Shown here: one piece after another, positions 49,463 to 58,732 of the stretch | Position numbering within the stretch: position 1 is the stretch's first letter | Layout: every line of letters begins with the position of its first letter | DNA from: Candidatus Limnocylindrus sp. | Lineage (GTDB): Bacteria; Chloroflexota; Limnocylindria; Limnocylindrales; Limnocylindraceae | Assembly (NCBI GenBank): GCA_040397175.1 | Contig: JBBAWM010000002.1 | Coordinates: forward strand, 96,001-160,000 | Reading direction: 5' to 3' | DNA length: 64,000 nucleotides | Program-made: the position numbers and the translations under genes | The notes under the pieces: model-generated | What the model saw: the letters and a program-made list of their open reading frames with translations, nothing else | Told to the model about the DNA's origin: nothing | Databases searched by the model: none

Positions 49463-49537
49463 TGGTAGCGAGGGCAGGAATCGAACCTGCTACCAAGGGC
49501 TTATGAATCCCCTGCTCTACCGGTGAGCTACCTCGCC
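49463..49537 (-). tRNA. tRNA with CAT anticodon, most likely elongator tRNA-Met
   Basis: Reverse complement GGCGAGGTAGCTCACCGGTAGAGCAGGGGATTCATAAGCCCTTGGTAGCAGGTTCGATTCCTGCCCTCGCTACCA; G1.U72 pair rules out the initiator; Ile2 not fully excluded. Confidence 0.88.
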
Positions 49538-49624
49538 GTGCCTCTGCATAGGATACCGAACGGGGCTCCCCCACGCACCACGAGGCCAGGAGGCGCCACG
49601 AAGGCGATCCGCTAGGCTCCGAGA

Positions 49625-50098
49625 ATGCTTCGAATCCTCGCCCTCTGCCACGGCAACATCTGCCGCTCCCCCCTGGCCGAGGTGCTCATTGAGGCGGCAG
49701 TTGCCGCCGACCCGCTCCTGGCTGGGCGCGTGGCCGTCTCAAGTGCGGGCACCTCAAACGAGCATGCCGGCGAGGGGATGCACGAGAACAGCGCCGCCAT
49801 CTTGCGGGCCCGCGACCTGAGAACCACACACCGGGCACGTCTCTTCACCCCAGCACTCGCTTCAACCGTTGATCTGGTCCTCGCCGCAGATCAGGCGAAC
49901 CTGCGAAACGGGCGTAGCATCATTCGCATGGGAGAGCGACAGCCAGAGATCCGACTCCTGCGGGACTTTGATCCGACGGCAGCTGGTCGAGATCTAGATG
50001 ACCCGTGGGGCTACCCGCCGGCAGAGTATGAACGCATCGCCGCGGAAATTACGGCGGCGATTCCTGGACTACTCGCGGAGCTGCGCGACCGACTCTAA
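49625..50098 (+). CDS. Low molecular weight protein-tyrosine phosphatase
   Basis: CHGNICRS P-loop, SAGT, DPW; TAGGCT six nt before ATG. Confidence 0.93.
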   Translation: MLRILALCHGNICRSPLAEVLIEAAVAADPLLAGRVAVSSAGTSNEHAGEGMHENSAAILRARDLRTTHRARLFTPALASTVDLVLAADQANLRNGRSIIRMGERQPEIRLLRDFDPTAAGRDLDDPWGYPPAEYERIAAEITAAIPGLLAELRDRL

Positions 50099-50100
50099 CG

Positions 50101-51126
50101 CTACTTGAACGAGAGGATTGCGTCCACGAGGACCCGATCGAACGCATCGGCGTCGACACCGACCGCCACGTCAACATCAGGAGTGCGTCCGCGCTGCTTC
50201 AGGCGATCGCCATACCAGTCGGTAATCGTTCGACCACGTGCCAGATCACCGAGCTCAACGTCAACGGCGGCGTGCACTAGGGCCAACAAGTTTGGCACGG
50301 CAAGGTGCGCCACCGCAACCGCATCGTGCACGGCAGAGGCTGGCCAGTCGTAGCGATCCTTATGGAAGATGGCGTAGAAGCGCAGCAGGTCGGCGAAGAT
50401 CTTCGCCGGCAGTGTTCCTGCAGCATCGAGCCGCTTCATCGCCGCTTCGCCCGTGAGCGCACGGTGCGTCGCGTCAAGGCAGACCATGGTGATCGGGATC
50501 CCTGCGGCGAACACGATCGCTGCGGCGTCGGGATCAACGTACGAATTGAACTCCGCCGAAGCGGTGACGTTCCCCTCGGCGATCGCGCCGCCCATCCAGC
50601 AGATGTGCGCAATCTTTGTTTTCAGCTCCGGATGGTCTCGCAGCAGGATCGCAATGTTCGTCAGTGGCCCGAGCGGGACCAGTGTCACCGGCTCGCTCGC
50701 CTCACGCAGGAGCGTCGCAATCAGGTCAACAGCGCCTGCTGCGTGCTCAATGCCCGTTGGCGCTGGAAGCTCTGCGCCATCGAGCCCCGAATCGCCGTGC
50801 ACATACGGCGCAACCCAGAGTGGTCGCACGAGCGGCACATCGGCACCAGCGGCAACACGCACCTCGTTGGCGCCAAGCAGCGCCAGGGTGCGGCGCAGGT
50901 TTTCGTAGGTCTTTGGCAGTGACGCATTACCAGCAACGGCGGTGACACCGAGCACCTTCAGTTCTGGACGGGCAAACGCGACGGCGAGCGCCATCGCGTC
51001 GTCGTGACCAGGATCGCAATCGATGATGATTGGCAGTGGCTTCGCAACGGTGCCGAGTGGAGCCCGCCGAGGCGAAGGTGGGAACGGCGTGGAGAGCGGG
51101 AGCGGATTCGGCTTCAGCTCGCTCAT
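50101..51126 (-). CDS. Nucleoside hydrolase (IU-NH/Rih family), copy 1
   Basis: DCDPGHDD, GN, HG.SG, GPLTN, MGG, AEFN..DP, HD.VA. Confidence 0.93.
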   Translation of the reverse strand: MSELKPNPLPLSTPFPPSPRRAPLGTVAKPLPIIIDCDPGHDDAMALAVAFARPELKVLGVTAVAGNASLPKTYENLRRTLALLGANEVRVAAGADVPLVRPLWVAPYVHGDSGLDGAELPAPTGIEHAAGAVDLIATLLREASEPVTLVPLGPLTNIAILLRDHPELKTKIAHICWMGGAIAEGNVTASAEFNSYVDPDAAAIVFAAGIPITMVCLDATHRALTGEAAMKRLDAAGTLPAKIFADLLRFYAIFHKDRYDWPASAVHDAVAVAHLAVPNLLALVHAAVDVELGDLARGRTITDWYGDRLKQRGRTPDVDVAVGVDADAFDRVLVDAILSFK

Positions 51127-52142
51127 GGGAGCTTCGAGTATATATCCACCATTTCGTCTGCGAAGCGCTTGCTGTCGATGGTGAGCCCCACGTCGCAATT
51201 CGGCTCGAGCTTATCGCGCTTCAGTCGGTATGGATTCGCATCGCCAATCGTGCGACCGCGAGCCGGTCCTTGCGTTGCATCGACAACTACGTGGTACCGC
51301 GAAACGCCAACAAGGTCTGGAATGGCGAGGTGCAGCACCGCCACGGCGTCGTGAATGGCCATCTTCTCGCCTTGGCCCCATGCTGCGGAGCGGTCAAACG
51401 AGAACTTCAGGAGCTCGGCCGCTACCTTCGCCGATGCGCCAGGGAGTGCCGCGAAGCGCTCGAGAATGGAGCGGTCAAGAGTCGCATGGTGGGTCACATC
51501 GAGACCAATCATCGTGATCGGCAGGCCACTGTTGAACACAATCTCGGCCGCGGTTGGGTCGGCGTAGATGTTGAACTCTGCCGAGGCTGACGAGTTCCCT
51601 TCGCCGACTGATCCACCCATCAGGCAGATATGCGAGATCTTTGGTGCAAGGTATGGAAATGAACGAATGAGCAGGGCAATGTTTGTCAGCGGGCCGATAG
51701 GCACAAGGACAACCGGCTCGGAGGAGGCAATCAGCGTGCGGGCCATGAGGGCTACCGCCCCCTCCGGATCTGCTTTGCGAGCTGCTGCTGGGATAGTTGT
51801 CGAACCGAGCCCAGTTGCGCCATGAATCTCAGTTGCGCGCTCAAGAGGCCCAGAGAGCGGTCCCACCGCACCCTCCGCCACTGGGACGTCGCCCGCACCG
51901 TAGAGGTGCAGCAGGCGCAGCGCATTCTCGGTGCAATGCCGCACGTCGGCGTTGCCACCAACGCTCGTTACCGCGAGGAGGTTCAACTCTGGCCGCACCA
52001 CGGCGCAGGCAATTGCCAGCGCATCATCTAGCCCAGGATCGCAGTCGATGATGATCGGCAGCGGCTTATTCGCCGTGCCGAGCGGAGCCACCCGCGGGGT
52101 GAGGCCCGCCTCAGGAAGCCGAAACAGACCCACAGAGGCCAT
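51123..52142 (-). CDS. Nucleoside hydrolase (IU-NH/Rih family), copy 2
   Basis: DCDPGLDD, GN, HG.TG, GPLTN, MGG, AEFNIYADP, HDAVA. Confidence 0.93.
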   Translation of the reverse strand: MASVGLFRLPEAGLTPRVAPLGTANKPLPIIIDCDPGLDDALAIACAVVRPELNLLAVTSVGGNADVRHCTENALRLLHLYGAGDVPVAEGAVGPLSGPLERATEIHGATGLGSTTIPAAARKADPEGAVALMARTLIASSEPVVLVPIGPLTNIALLIRSFPYLAPKISHICLMGGSVGEGNSSASAEFNIYADPTAAEIVFNSGLPITMIGLDVTHHATLDRSILERFAALPGASAKVAAELLKFSFDRSAAWGQGEKMAIHDAVAVLHLAIPDLVGVSRYHVVVDATQGPARGRTIGDANPYRLKRDKLEPNCDVGLTIDSKRFADEMVDIYSKLP

Positions 52143-52154
52143 GCTCGCCGCTCC

Positions 52155-53507
52155 TTATCCCTGGTCGTACGGTCGACCAGCCGACGCCGGAGCACGCACG
52201 CGACCGATGAGCCCGGCGACCACAATGATTGTCACGACATATGGCATCGAGAGCAGGATCTGCGGTGGCAGAGAAACGCCGAGGCCCGACAAGAGAGTCG
52301 TAGCGGCGGTGGTCATACCGAAGATCAGCGACGCGCCGAATGCGTAGATTGGGTTCCACGCACCGAAGATCACCGCAGCGAGCGCGATGAAGCCCTTACC
52401 TGCGCTCGTGTTCACGCCGAAACCACCAGTGCCGCTCAAGGAGATGAAGCTGCCGGCAAAGCCTGCAAGAAGACCAGCGATGAGCATGGCGCGATAGCGA
52501 AGCTTCACCACGTCAATGCCGACCGTGCCTGCAGCGTTTGGCTGCTCACCAGCGGCACGGAGGCGTAGGCCCCAACGTGTTCGATAAATCATATAGGTGA
52601 AGAAGAGTACGAGGCCAACGGAGAGGTAGAAGTATGGGCTCAGCGAGAAGAGGATCGGTCCCAAGATCGGAATCTCAGAAAGGACTGGAATCTTAATTGG
52701 ACTAATGCCGATCGGACGATTGAACTCACTATGTGGCTGCAGCACGCGCAGGTAGGCGAACGTTGTCACGCCAACGGCGCCGATGTTGATGACGGTACCA
52801 GCAATGATCTGGTCCACCTTGTAGCGAATGCCGAGCCAGGCGAGGAAGAGGCTCACCCCGGCCCCGAAGATTGCGCCCGCGAGCGGGCCTGCTATCGCGA
52901 TGCCCGTGATGCTGGACGCAATCGAGCCAATCATTGCGCCGAAGAGGAGCTTCCCTTCAATGGCAATGTTCAGGAATCCGCTGCGCTCTGCCACGATACC
53001 CGCGAGTGCGCCGATGCCAACCGGGATGGCGTAGCTCAGCGTGCTGGTGAAGAAGACGGTGAGGTTTGCCGTGGTCCCATCAAGCAGTCGCGCGAGTAGC
53101 GCGAATACCAGGATGGGCGATATGAGACCGATGGCGAGGCGCCACTTGAACGAAGCACCGCGCACGAGCTGCAGCCCAGCCATAGCGCCGAAGCCCGCCG
53201 TAGCGGCAGCCCAGAGAAGAACGACAGGGATACTGAACGAGATTTCTGTTCCACCGACCTTGTCGGCCCAGAACGCGAACTTCCCTTCAACCCCTGCTGA
53301 GCCCGAGGTAATCGCGAGGGAGAGCAACGTGAAGAAGGCAAATAGGCCAGCGCGCACACGTGATGCAATGAGTTGCTGATGTGCATCTGCGCCCTCACCC
53401 GCCAAAGATGTGCCGGAACGCTTCGTGGTTGCCGCTAGGGCAGCCTTTGATCGCGATGGTGCCGCAGGCTTCTTCTTAGCGCTCACGTTGCCTCCTCGGG
53501 TACTCAC
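52155..53507 (-). CDS. Nucleoside/simple-sugar ABC transporter permease (NupC-like)
   Basis: ERSG.LNIAIEG, DQII.G, T.WGLRLRAAGE.P.AA..G, GFIALAA; alternative GTG start at 53486 with AGGAGG SD. Confidence 0.9.
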   Translation of the reverse strand: MSTRGGNVSAKKKPAAPSRSKAALAATTKRSGTSLAGEGADAHQQLIASRVRAGLFAFFTLLSLAITSGSAGVEGKFAFWADKVGGTEISFSIPVVLLWAAATAGFGAMAGLQLVRGASFKWRLAIGLISPILVFALLARLLDGTTANLTVFFTSTLSYAIPVGIGALAGIVAERSGFLNIAIEGKLLFGAMIGSIASSITGIAIAGPLAGAIFGAGVSLFLAWLGIRYKVDQIIAGTVINIGAVGVTTFAYLRVLQPHSEFNRPIGISPIKIPVLSEIPILGPILFSLSPYFYLSVGLVLFFTYMIYRTRWGLRLRAAGEQPNAAGTVGIDVVKLRYRAMLIAGLLAGFAGSFISLSGTGGFGVNTSAGKGFIALAAVIFGAWNPIYAFGASLIFGMTTAATTLLSGLGVSLPPQILLSMPYVVTIIVVAGLIGRVRAPASAGRPYDQG

Positions 53508-54700
53508 TTCGACACCGCACGAGGGCGTCGGCGGAATGGGTTCTTTAGGATGCCCAACGTTAGCTCTGGCGCCGCAATGAACGCGATGACGAGCGCCTGA
53601 ATGAAGAGAAGCATCTCGATCGGGATGCCCGTCTGCACCTGCATCAGGCTGCCACCGTGCTGCAGGAGTCCGAAGACCAGCGCTGTCGCTACCACTCCGC
53701 TCGGGCGAGTCCCCCCGACTAGGGCGATGGCAATAGCGGTGAAGCCGACGCTGCCCGCGATTCCTGGCGAGAGCTGCTTCACCGTGCCAACCGCAACGAT
53801 TGCGCCGCCAAGGCCGGATATGGCGCCCGAGATAAGCATGGCGGTAATGATGGAGGTGGCTGCCCCCATGCCTGCGTACTTGGCGGCAGCGATATTGAGG
53901 CCGGCAGCACGCAGCTCAAACCCGCGCGTCGAGCGGAAGAGGAACCAGCTCACGGCCACTGCCGTGAGGAGCGCGACGATGATGCCGATGTCGAGGCGAA
54001 GGCTTGCGATCGGCAAGATGCCTGGCAGGTCAACGAATTGGCTGAGCTCCTTTGATACCGGCTGAATGCGCGGCGGCTTCTGGATGAACTCGAAGTTGGA
54101 GACGAGGAAGAAGACGAACTGCCCCGCAATAAAGTTGAGCATGATCGTTGTGATCACTTCGCTCGCACCTACACGCGCCTTCAGGAATCCAGGAAGGAAC
54201 GCCCATGCGGCACCGCCGATGAGTCCAAAGAGCATCACCAAGAAGATGGCCACGGGGGCGGGGGTTACGCCGCCACCAAATACGAGTGCCGCTAGGGTGC
54301 CGCCAACGGCACCCATGGTGAACTGACCAGCGCCACCAATGTTAAAGATGCCAGTGCGGAACGCGACAGAGACGCCAAGTCCTACGAAGATCAGCGGCAC
54401 TGATGCAACGACACTCTCAACGAGAGGGCGAAGGGCGCGCGCCCAGATCAAAATGTCGCCATTCGATTCAAGCGCTTTTTGGATCGTGGCTGGGTCGCCA
54501 AACGCCCCACGGAAGAGTGCGCTATAGGCGACTGCCGCCCGGCCAATGCCGAGGCTCAGGGCGCCAATTGGGTCAGAGAGCAACTTACCGAGCACCTCAA
54601 GGTCGGTGAAGACGATGAAGAGCGCGCCAACGAGGAGCGCGACGGAGATTGAGAGTGCGGGGACTCGCACCTTTACGCCGAAGTTCTTCAGGGCGTTCAC
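53504..54700 (-). CDS. Nucleoside/simple-sugar ABC transporter permease (NupB-like)
   Basis: FRTGIFNIG..GQ, EVITTIMLN, GFELRAAG.N..AA.YAG. Confidence 0.9.
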   Translation of the reverse strand: MNALKNFGVKVRVPALSISVALLVGALFIVFTDLEVLGKLLSDPIGALSLGIGRAAVAYSALFRGAFGDPATIQKALESNGDILIWARALRPLVESVVASVPLIFVGLGVSVAFRTGIFNIGGAGQFTMGAVGGTLAALVFGGGVTPAPVAIFLVMLFGLIGGAAWAFLPGFLKARVGASEVITTIMLNFIAGQFVFFLVSNFEFIQKPPRIQPVSKELSQFVDLPGILPIASLRLDIGIIVALLTAVAVSWFLFRSTRGFELRAAGLNIAAAKYAGMGAATSIITAMLISGAISGLGGAIVAVGTVKQLSPGIAGSVGFTAIAIALVGGTRPSGVVATALVFGLLQHGGSLMQVQTGIPIEMLLFIQALVIAFIAAPELTLGILKNPFRRRPRAVSK

Positions 54701-56205
54701 TTGGTAATACCTCCCATGAGAAGTCCGACTCGTTCGCGTGTTGCCTGCTTGGCATCAAGAATTCCCACGATTCGACCCTCATACATCACGGCAACACGGT
54801 CGCCCAGTGCCAGCACTTCGTCGAGCTCGGTGCTCACAATGAGAACCGCAGCACCGGCATCTCGCTGCTCAACGATTCGGCGATGGATGTACTCGATGGA
54901 TCCAACGTCTAGCCCGCGCGTCGGCTGTGCAGCAATGACTAGACGCACATTTCGACTGAATTCTCGCGCAACGATCACCTTCTGCTGATTGCCGCCTGAG
55001 AGAGATCCGATATCGGTGTTAATGGATGGGGTGCGCACGTCAAAGTCTTTCACCGCCTGCTCTGTTGCCGCGGCGATCGCCTTTCGGTTCAAGAGTCCGT
55101 TCTTGCTGTATTGCGGAAGGTGGTAGGTATTTAAGATGTAGTTCTCTGCCACTGTCATGCCCTTAATCATGCCGTCACGGTTGCGATCCTCGGGAATGTG
55201 CGCGACTCCTGCCATGGCGATCTCACGTGGCGAACCTGCATGAAGCGGCTTCTTCTCGAGGGCGACGGTTCCCGAGTCAACAAGTCGCAGCCCAGTCAGG
55301 GCCTCAACCAGTTCGGTCTGACCGTTCCCCTGCACCCCTGCAACTGCCAGAATCTCGCCACTGCGCACTTCAAACGATACGTCGTTCACGGCACGCCCAC
55401 CCGCGTCGTTCAAGACATTCAGGCCCTTGACCTGCAAAATTGGTTCGGCAACGTGAGACTTTGAGCGACTGACGGTGAGCTGGACCTCGCGCCCCACCAT
55501 CATCTCGGCGAGCTTTGAGGCGGTCGCCTTCTTCGGAGTCGTTTCACCTGCAACAGCGCCGCGGCGCAGTACGGTGATCTTGTCGGCAACGGCGATGACC
55601 TCGTTCAGTTTGTGGGTGATGAAGATGACCGAGGTGCCGCCTTTGGCGAGCCCACGAATGATCTGGAAGAGTTCTTCCGTCTCCTGGGGGGTCAGCACAG
55701 CCGATGGCTCATCGAGGACAAGGATGTCGCTCTTGCGATAGAGCGCCTTGAGGATCTCAACGCGTTGGCGCACACCCACCGGGAGTGATTCGATCTTCGC
55801 ATCTGGATCTACATGGAGGCCGTGCTTTTTTGAGAGCTCAACGACCTGCGCGCGCGCAGTGGCTCGATCAAAGATGCCGAGTGGACCCTTCGTTGGCTCG
55901 TTACCGAGGACAACCGACTCAGTGACGTCGAAGACCGGGACGAGCATGAAGTGCTGATGCACCATGCCGATGCCGGCATCGATGGCTTGGGCAGGATCGC
56001 GGAAGATGCGCTCCTTGCCATCAATAAGAATCTTTCCGGAGTCAGGGCGATAGAGGCCCGAGAGGATGTTCATGAGCGTGGTCTTCCCTGCGCCATTCTC
56101 ACCGAGAAGGCCGAGAACCTGCCCCTTGTCAACAGAGATGGAGATTCGGTCGTTAGCGAGAACGCCAGGGAACTGCTTCGTAATCTTCTGCAGTTCAAGC
56201 CTCAT
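54697..56205 (-). CDS. CUT2-type ABC ATPase (NupA-like, two NBDs)
   Basis: GENGAGKTT, MVHQHF, LDEP, THK, LSGGNQQK, QPTRGLD. Confidence 0.93.
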   Translation of the reverse strand: MRLELQKITKQFPGVLANDRISISVDKGQVLGLLGENGAGKTTLMNILSGLYRPDSGKILIDGKERIFRDPAQAIDAGIGMVHQHFMLVPVFDVTESVVLGNEPTKGPLGIFDRATARAQVVELSKKHGLHVDPDAKIESLPVGVRQRVEILKALYRKSDILVLDEPSAVLTPQETEELFQIIRGLAKGGTSVIFITHKLNEVIAVADKITVLRRGAVAGETTPKKATASKLAEMMVGREVQLTVSRSKSHVAEPILQVKGLNVLNDAGGRAVNDVSFEVRSGEILAVAGVQGNGQTELVEALTGLRLVDSGTVALEKKPLHAGSPREIAMAGVAHIPEDRNRDGMIKGMTVAENYILNTYHLPQYSKNGLLNRKAIAAATEQAVKDFDVRTPSINTDIGSLSGGNQQKVIVAREFSRNVRLVIAAQPTRGLDVGSIEYIHRRIVEQRDAGAAVLIVSTELDEVLALGDRVAVMYEGRIVGILDAKQATRERVGLLMGGITK

Positions 56206-56252
56206 ACGACGCTAGCCCCCCCTACTCTGCCGCTGTATTGCCAGAGATACTC

Positions 56253-56319
56253 CTCCGCCCGGATGCCGAAGCACCCGGGCGGAGAGCGACTACTTCATCG
56301 CCGAAGCGATGGAGAAGTA
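56253..56319 (-). other. Two tandem C(UUCG)G hairpins after the BMP gene (mRNA stabiliser or attenuator)
   Basis: Minus strand TACTTCTCCATCGC-TTCG-GCGATGAAGTA (56291-56319) and CTCCGCCCGGGTGC-TTCG-GCATCCGGGCGGAG (56253-56284); no U-tract. Confidence 0.7.
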
Positions 56320-56320
56320 C

Positions 56321-57427
56321 TTACTTCTTTGCCCATTCAAGGACAACAACCGAGCCGTCTTCGATCGCAGCCATAAGGGCCTTGACCTCTGCCTTGAGCT
56401 CAGCGGTTACGAGCGTGCCGAAGGTTGCAGTCCATGCAGCTTCTGTGCGGTCAAGGGTGGCGATCTGAACGCCACCGTTCTTGAGCGTGCCAACGTAGTT
56501 GGTACCGCCCATCTTGCCTGAGTAGTTGTCGTTCACTGCCGTGATCACTGCAGCACCGATATTCTTCTGTGCCGAGGTCAGGAGTGTTCCACAGAACTCA
56601 GGAAGGCTGACGCACTGGTCGAGGTCCACACCGACCGAGTACTTGCCCGCATCCATCATAGCCTGGTAGGTGCCGTTGCCCGTGGTGCCCGCAACTGCGT
56701 GCACAACGTCAGCGTTCTGGCCCATGAAGGCCTCTGCGGTCGTCTTACCAAAGTCCACGTCGTTGAACGGCGAGGTGCTTGGGTTGAACGTACCGGTCTT
56801 TGCAACTGGATCCCAGCCCAAGACGGACGTAGCAACGCCCTTCTTGTCGGCGTAGTACTTGGCGCCGGCGACCCAGCCATCCATGAACTTGGTTACGCCT
56901 GGGTATGGGGCTCCACCGTAGGTGGCGATGACGTGGGTCTTCGAAATGCCAGCTGCCAAGTAGGCGGCGAGCATCGAAGCCTCGTCGATCTGGAAGTCGA
57001 TACCGGTAAAGTTCGCCGGAACCGTTCCATCCGCAAGTGTGTAGGTTGCGTCTACCCAGCCGAATGCAATCGCTGCATTCTCTGGAGCAGCGACGGCAGC
57101 CTGCAGGGCGGTGCCCTGGTTGTAGCCAACGGCAATCACGGTGTTGCAGCCCTGGTCGATCAACTGCTGAATGTTTGGCGCGTAGGACGCGTCATCAACA
57201 GCGGTCGTGTAAGCCGTCTTGAACCCTTCAGCCTCGAGTGCCTGAAGGCCCTCGTATGCCGACTGGTTGAAGTTCTTGTCGGCAGGTCCGCCCGTGTCCA
57301 ACGATAGGCATGCCTTCCAGTTCGCCTTCCCGGCATCGACGGAAGCTGACGGCGAAGCCGTCGGGCCACCGCACGCTGCGGCGAGAAGAGCGAGAACGGT
57401 GAGGAGCGCGAACATTCGCGTCTTCAT
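56321..57427 (-). CDS. BMP-family nucleoside-binding lipoprotein
   Basis: Signal peptide with LAAAC lipobox, D.GG..DK.FNQSA.EG, AG.TG.G, GVD.DQ, LTSA.K; SD GGAGG. Confidence 0.92.
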   Translation of the reverse strand: MKTRMFALLTVLALLAAACGGPTASPSASVDAGKANWKACLSLDTGGPADKNFNQSAYEGLQALEAEGFKTAYTTAVDDASYAPNIQQLIDQGCNTVIAVGYNQGTALQAAVAAPENAAIAFGWVDATYTLADGTVPANFTGIDFQIDEASMLAAYLAAGISKTHVIATYGGAPYPGVTKFMDGWVAGAKYYADKKGVATSVLGWDPVAKTGTFNPSTSPFNDVDFGKTTAEAFMGQNADVVHAVAGTTGNGTYQAMMDAGKYSVGVDLDQCVSLPEFCGTLLTSAQKNIGAAVITAVNDNYSGKMGGTNYVGTLKNGGVQIATLDRTEAAWTATFGTLVTAELKAEVKALMAAIEDGSVVVLEWAKK

Positions 57428-57606
57428 ATGTATGTAGCCCTCCGCTATTTCCTTTTGCTCAGACGCCCACGGCGACGAGCGGGTCAGCCATTTGGTGACC
57501 GTGGCGGCATTGTGCCTCATAACGACGCCGCCCGCGCATCAATTGCAAATTAATTGGTGCGCGCTGGGGCACAAATGTAACAAACACACCTGGCAGCGTG
57601 GCTCTG

Positions 57607-58653
57607 TTACAGGCCCCGCCGCACACACCACGATTCGAACGCGTCTTGGAGGCGGGCCCTGGTTCCCTGGTCGACGAAGGCAACCTCGTAGCCGGTTCGC
57701 GCCAGGGCGAGGAGGTCTGCGACCGGAAGCCCAAGGCGACGATGCACGTGGAGGTACTCCTCGGAGAGCGTGACATCGCTCACCATCAGGTCATCGGTAT
57801 TCAAGGTGACCGGCACCCCGCGTTGCCGCAGCTCCGCGAGCGGAAAGTCGCCATAGCCAGGCACGATGGCGGCCTGGGTGTTGCTGGTGGGGCAGAGGTC
57901 GAGGGAGACGTTGCGGGCTGCGAGCTCGGCGCACAGTGCTGGGTCGTCAACCGCGACACCGCCGTGCGCAATGCGCGCGGGCTGCACCTCGAGCGCGCGA
58001 CGCACTTGAGCGGCACCGCCCCACTCCCCCGCGTGGAGCGTGATCGCGAGTCCGCCAGCGCGCGCAATATCGAACGCCTCTTTGAAGGTGAGCGGGTCAG
58101 GGAATGCCGCCTCGCGGCCGGCCAGGTCGAAGGCCACGACCCCAACGTCTTGGGCGGCGACCGCTGCGGTTGCGAGGCCGCAATTCTCTTCACGCGAGTG
58201 TGAGCGAAGGGCGGTAACGATCAAGCGCACCTCAATGCCCGTCGCCGCAGCTGCACGCCGCGCCCCGGCCGCGACGGCGGCGATCACCTGCGACTGCGTC
58301 AGTCCCTTCGCGGTGTGGAGGTGTGGCCCCCAACGCATCTCAAGATAGGCCACGTTCTCCGCCGCCTTGGCGCGCACCAGGTGCTCGGCCGCGCGATCGA
58401 GCGCCTCGGCATCTTGCAGGAGGGCGACGGGTAGATCGAACGCACGAAGGAGATCGGCCTGATCCGCGCAACGCTCCGGGGCGACGAGAGCGGCGCGCAT
58501 TCCAGCCCAATCCCGCGGGGCGTCCACATTGCGCGTGGCGGCGAGTTCGAGTGCGAGGGCAGGATCGAGTGAACCATCAAGATGTAGATGGAGCTCCGGC
58601 TTCGGCATCTCGAAGAAGAGGCGGCGATCATCTTCGGCTCGCTGGAATTCCAT
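57607..58653 (-). CDS. add: Adenosine/adenine deaminase
   Basis: PK.ELHLHLDGS, DLAG.E, HAGE, RIAHG, CPTSN, NTDD; SD GGAGGGGAG before ATG 58653. Confidence 0.92.
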   Translation of the reverse strand: MEFQRAEDDRRLFFEMPKPELHLHLDGSLDPALALELAATRNVDAPRDWAGMRAALVAPERCADQADLLRAFDLPVALLQDAEALDRAAEHLVRAKAAENVAYLEMRWGPHLHTAKGLTQSQVIAAVAAGARRAAAATGIEVRLIVTALRSHSREENCGLATAAVAAQDVGVVAFDLAGREAAFPDPLTFKEAFDIARAGGLAITLHAGEWGGAAQVRRALEVQPARIAHGGVAVDDPALCAELAARNVSLDLCPTSNTQAAIVPGYGDFPLAELRQRGVPVTLNTDDLMVSDVTLSEEYLHVHRRLGLPVADLLALARTGYEVAFVDQGTRARLQDAFESWCVRRGL

Positions 58654-58732
58654 CGCTCCCCTCCCTTCACGCTGTCTCACAGGCCGCGCACCGGCGTGCG
58701 CATCTTTGCGAGAGAGAGGATACTCCCACGGT

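Noticed and set aside
57428-57606. Canonical purine riboswitch upstream of the nucleoside transporter
   Set aside because: Core consensus elements (UAUAAU..AUAUGG, GUUUCUAC, CCGUAAA) were not found; kept only as an unknown structured leader.
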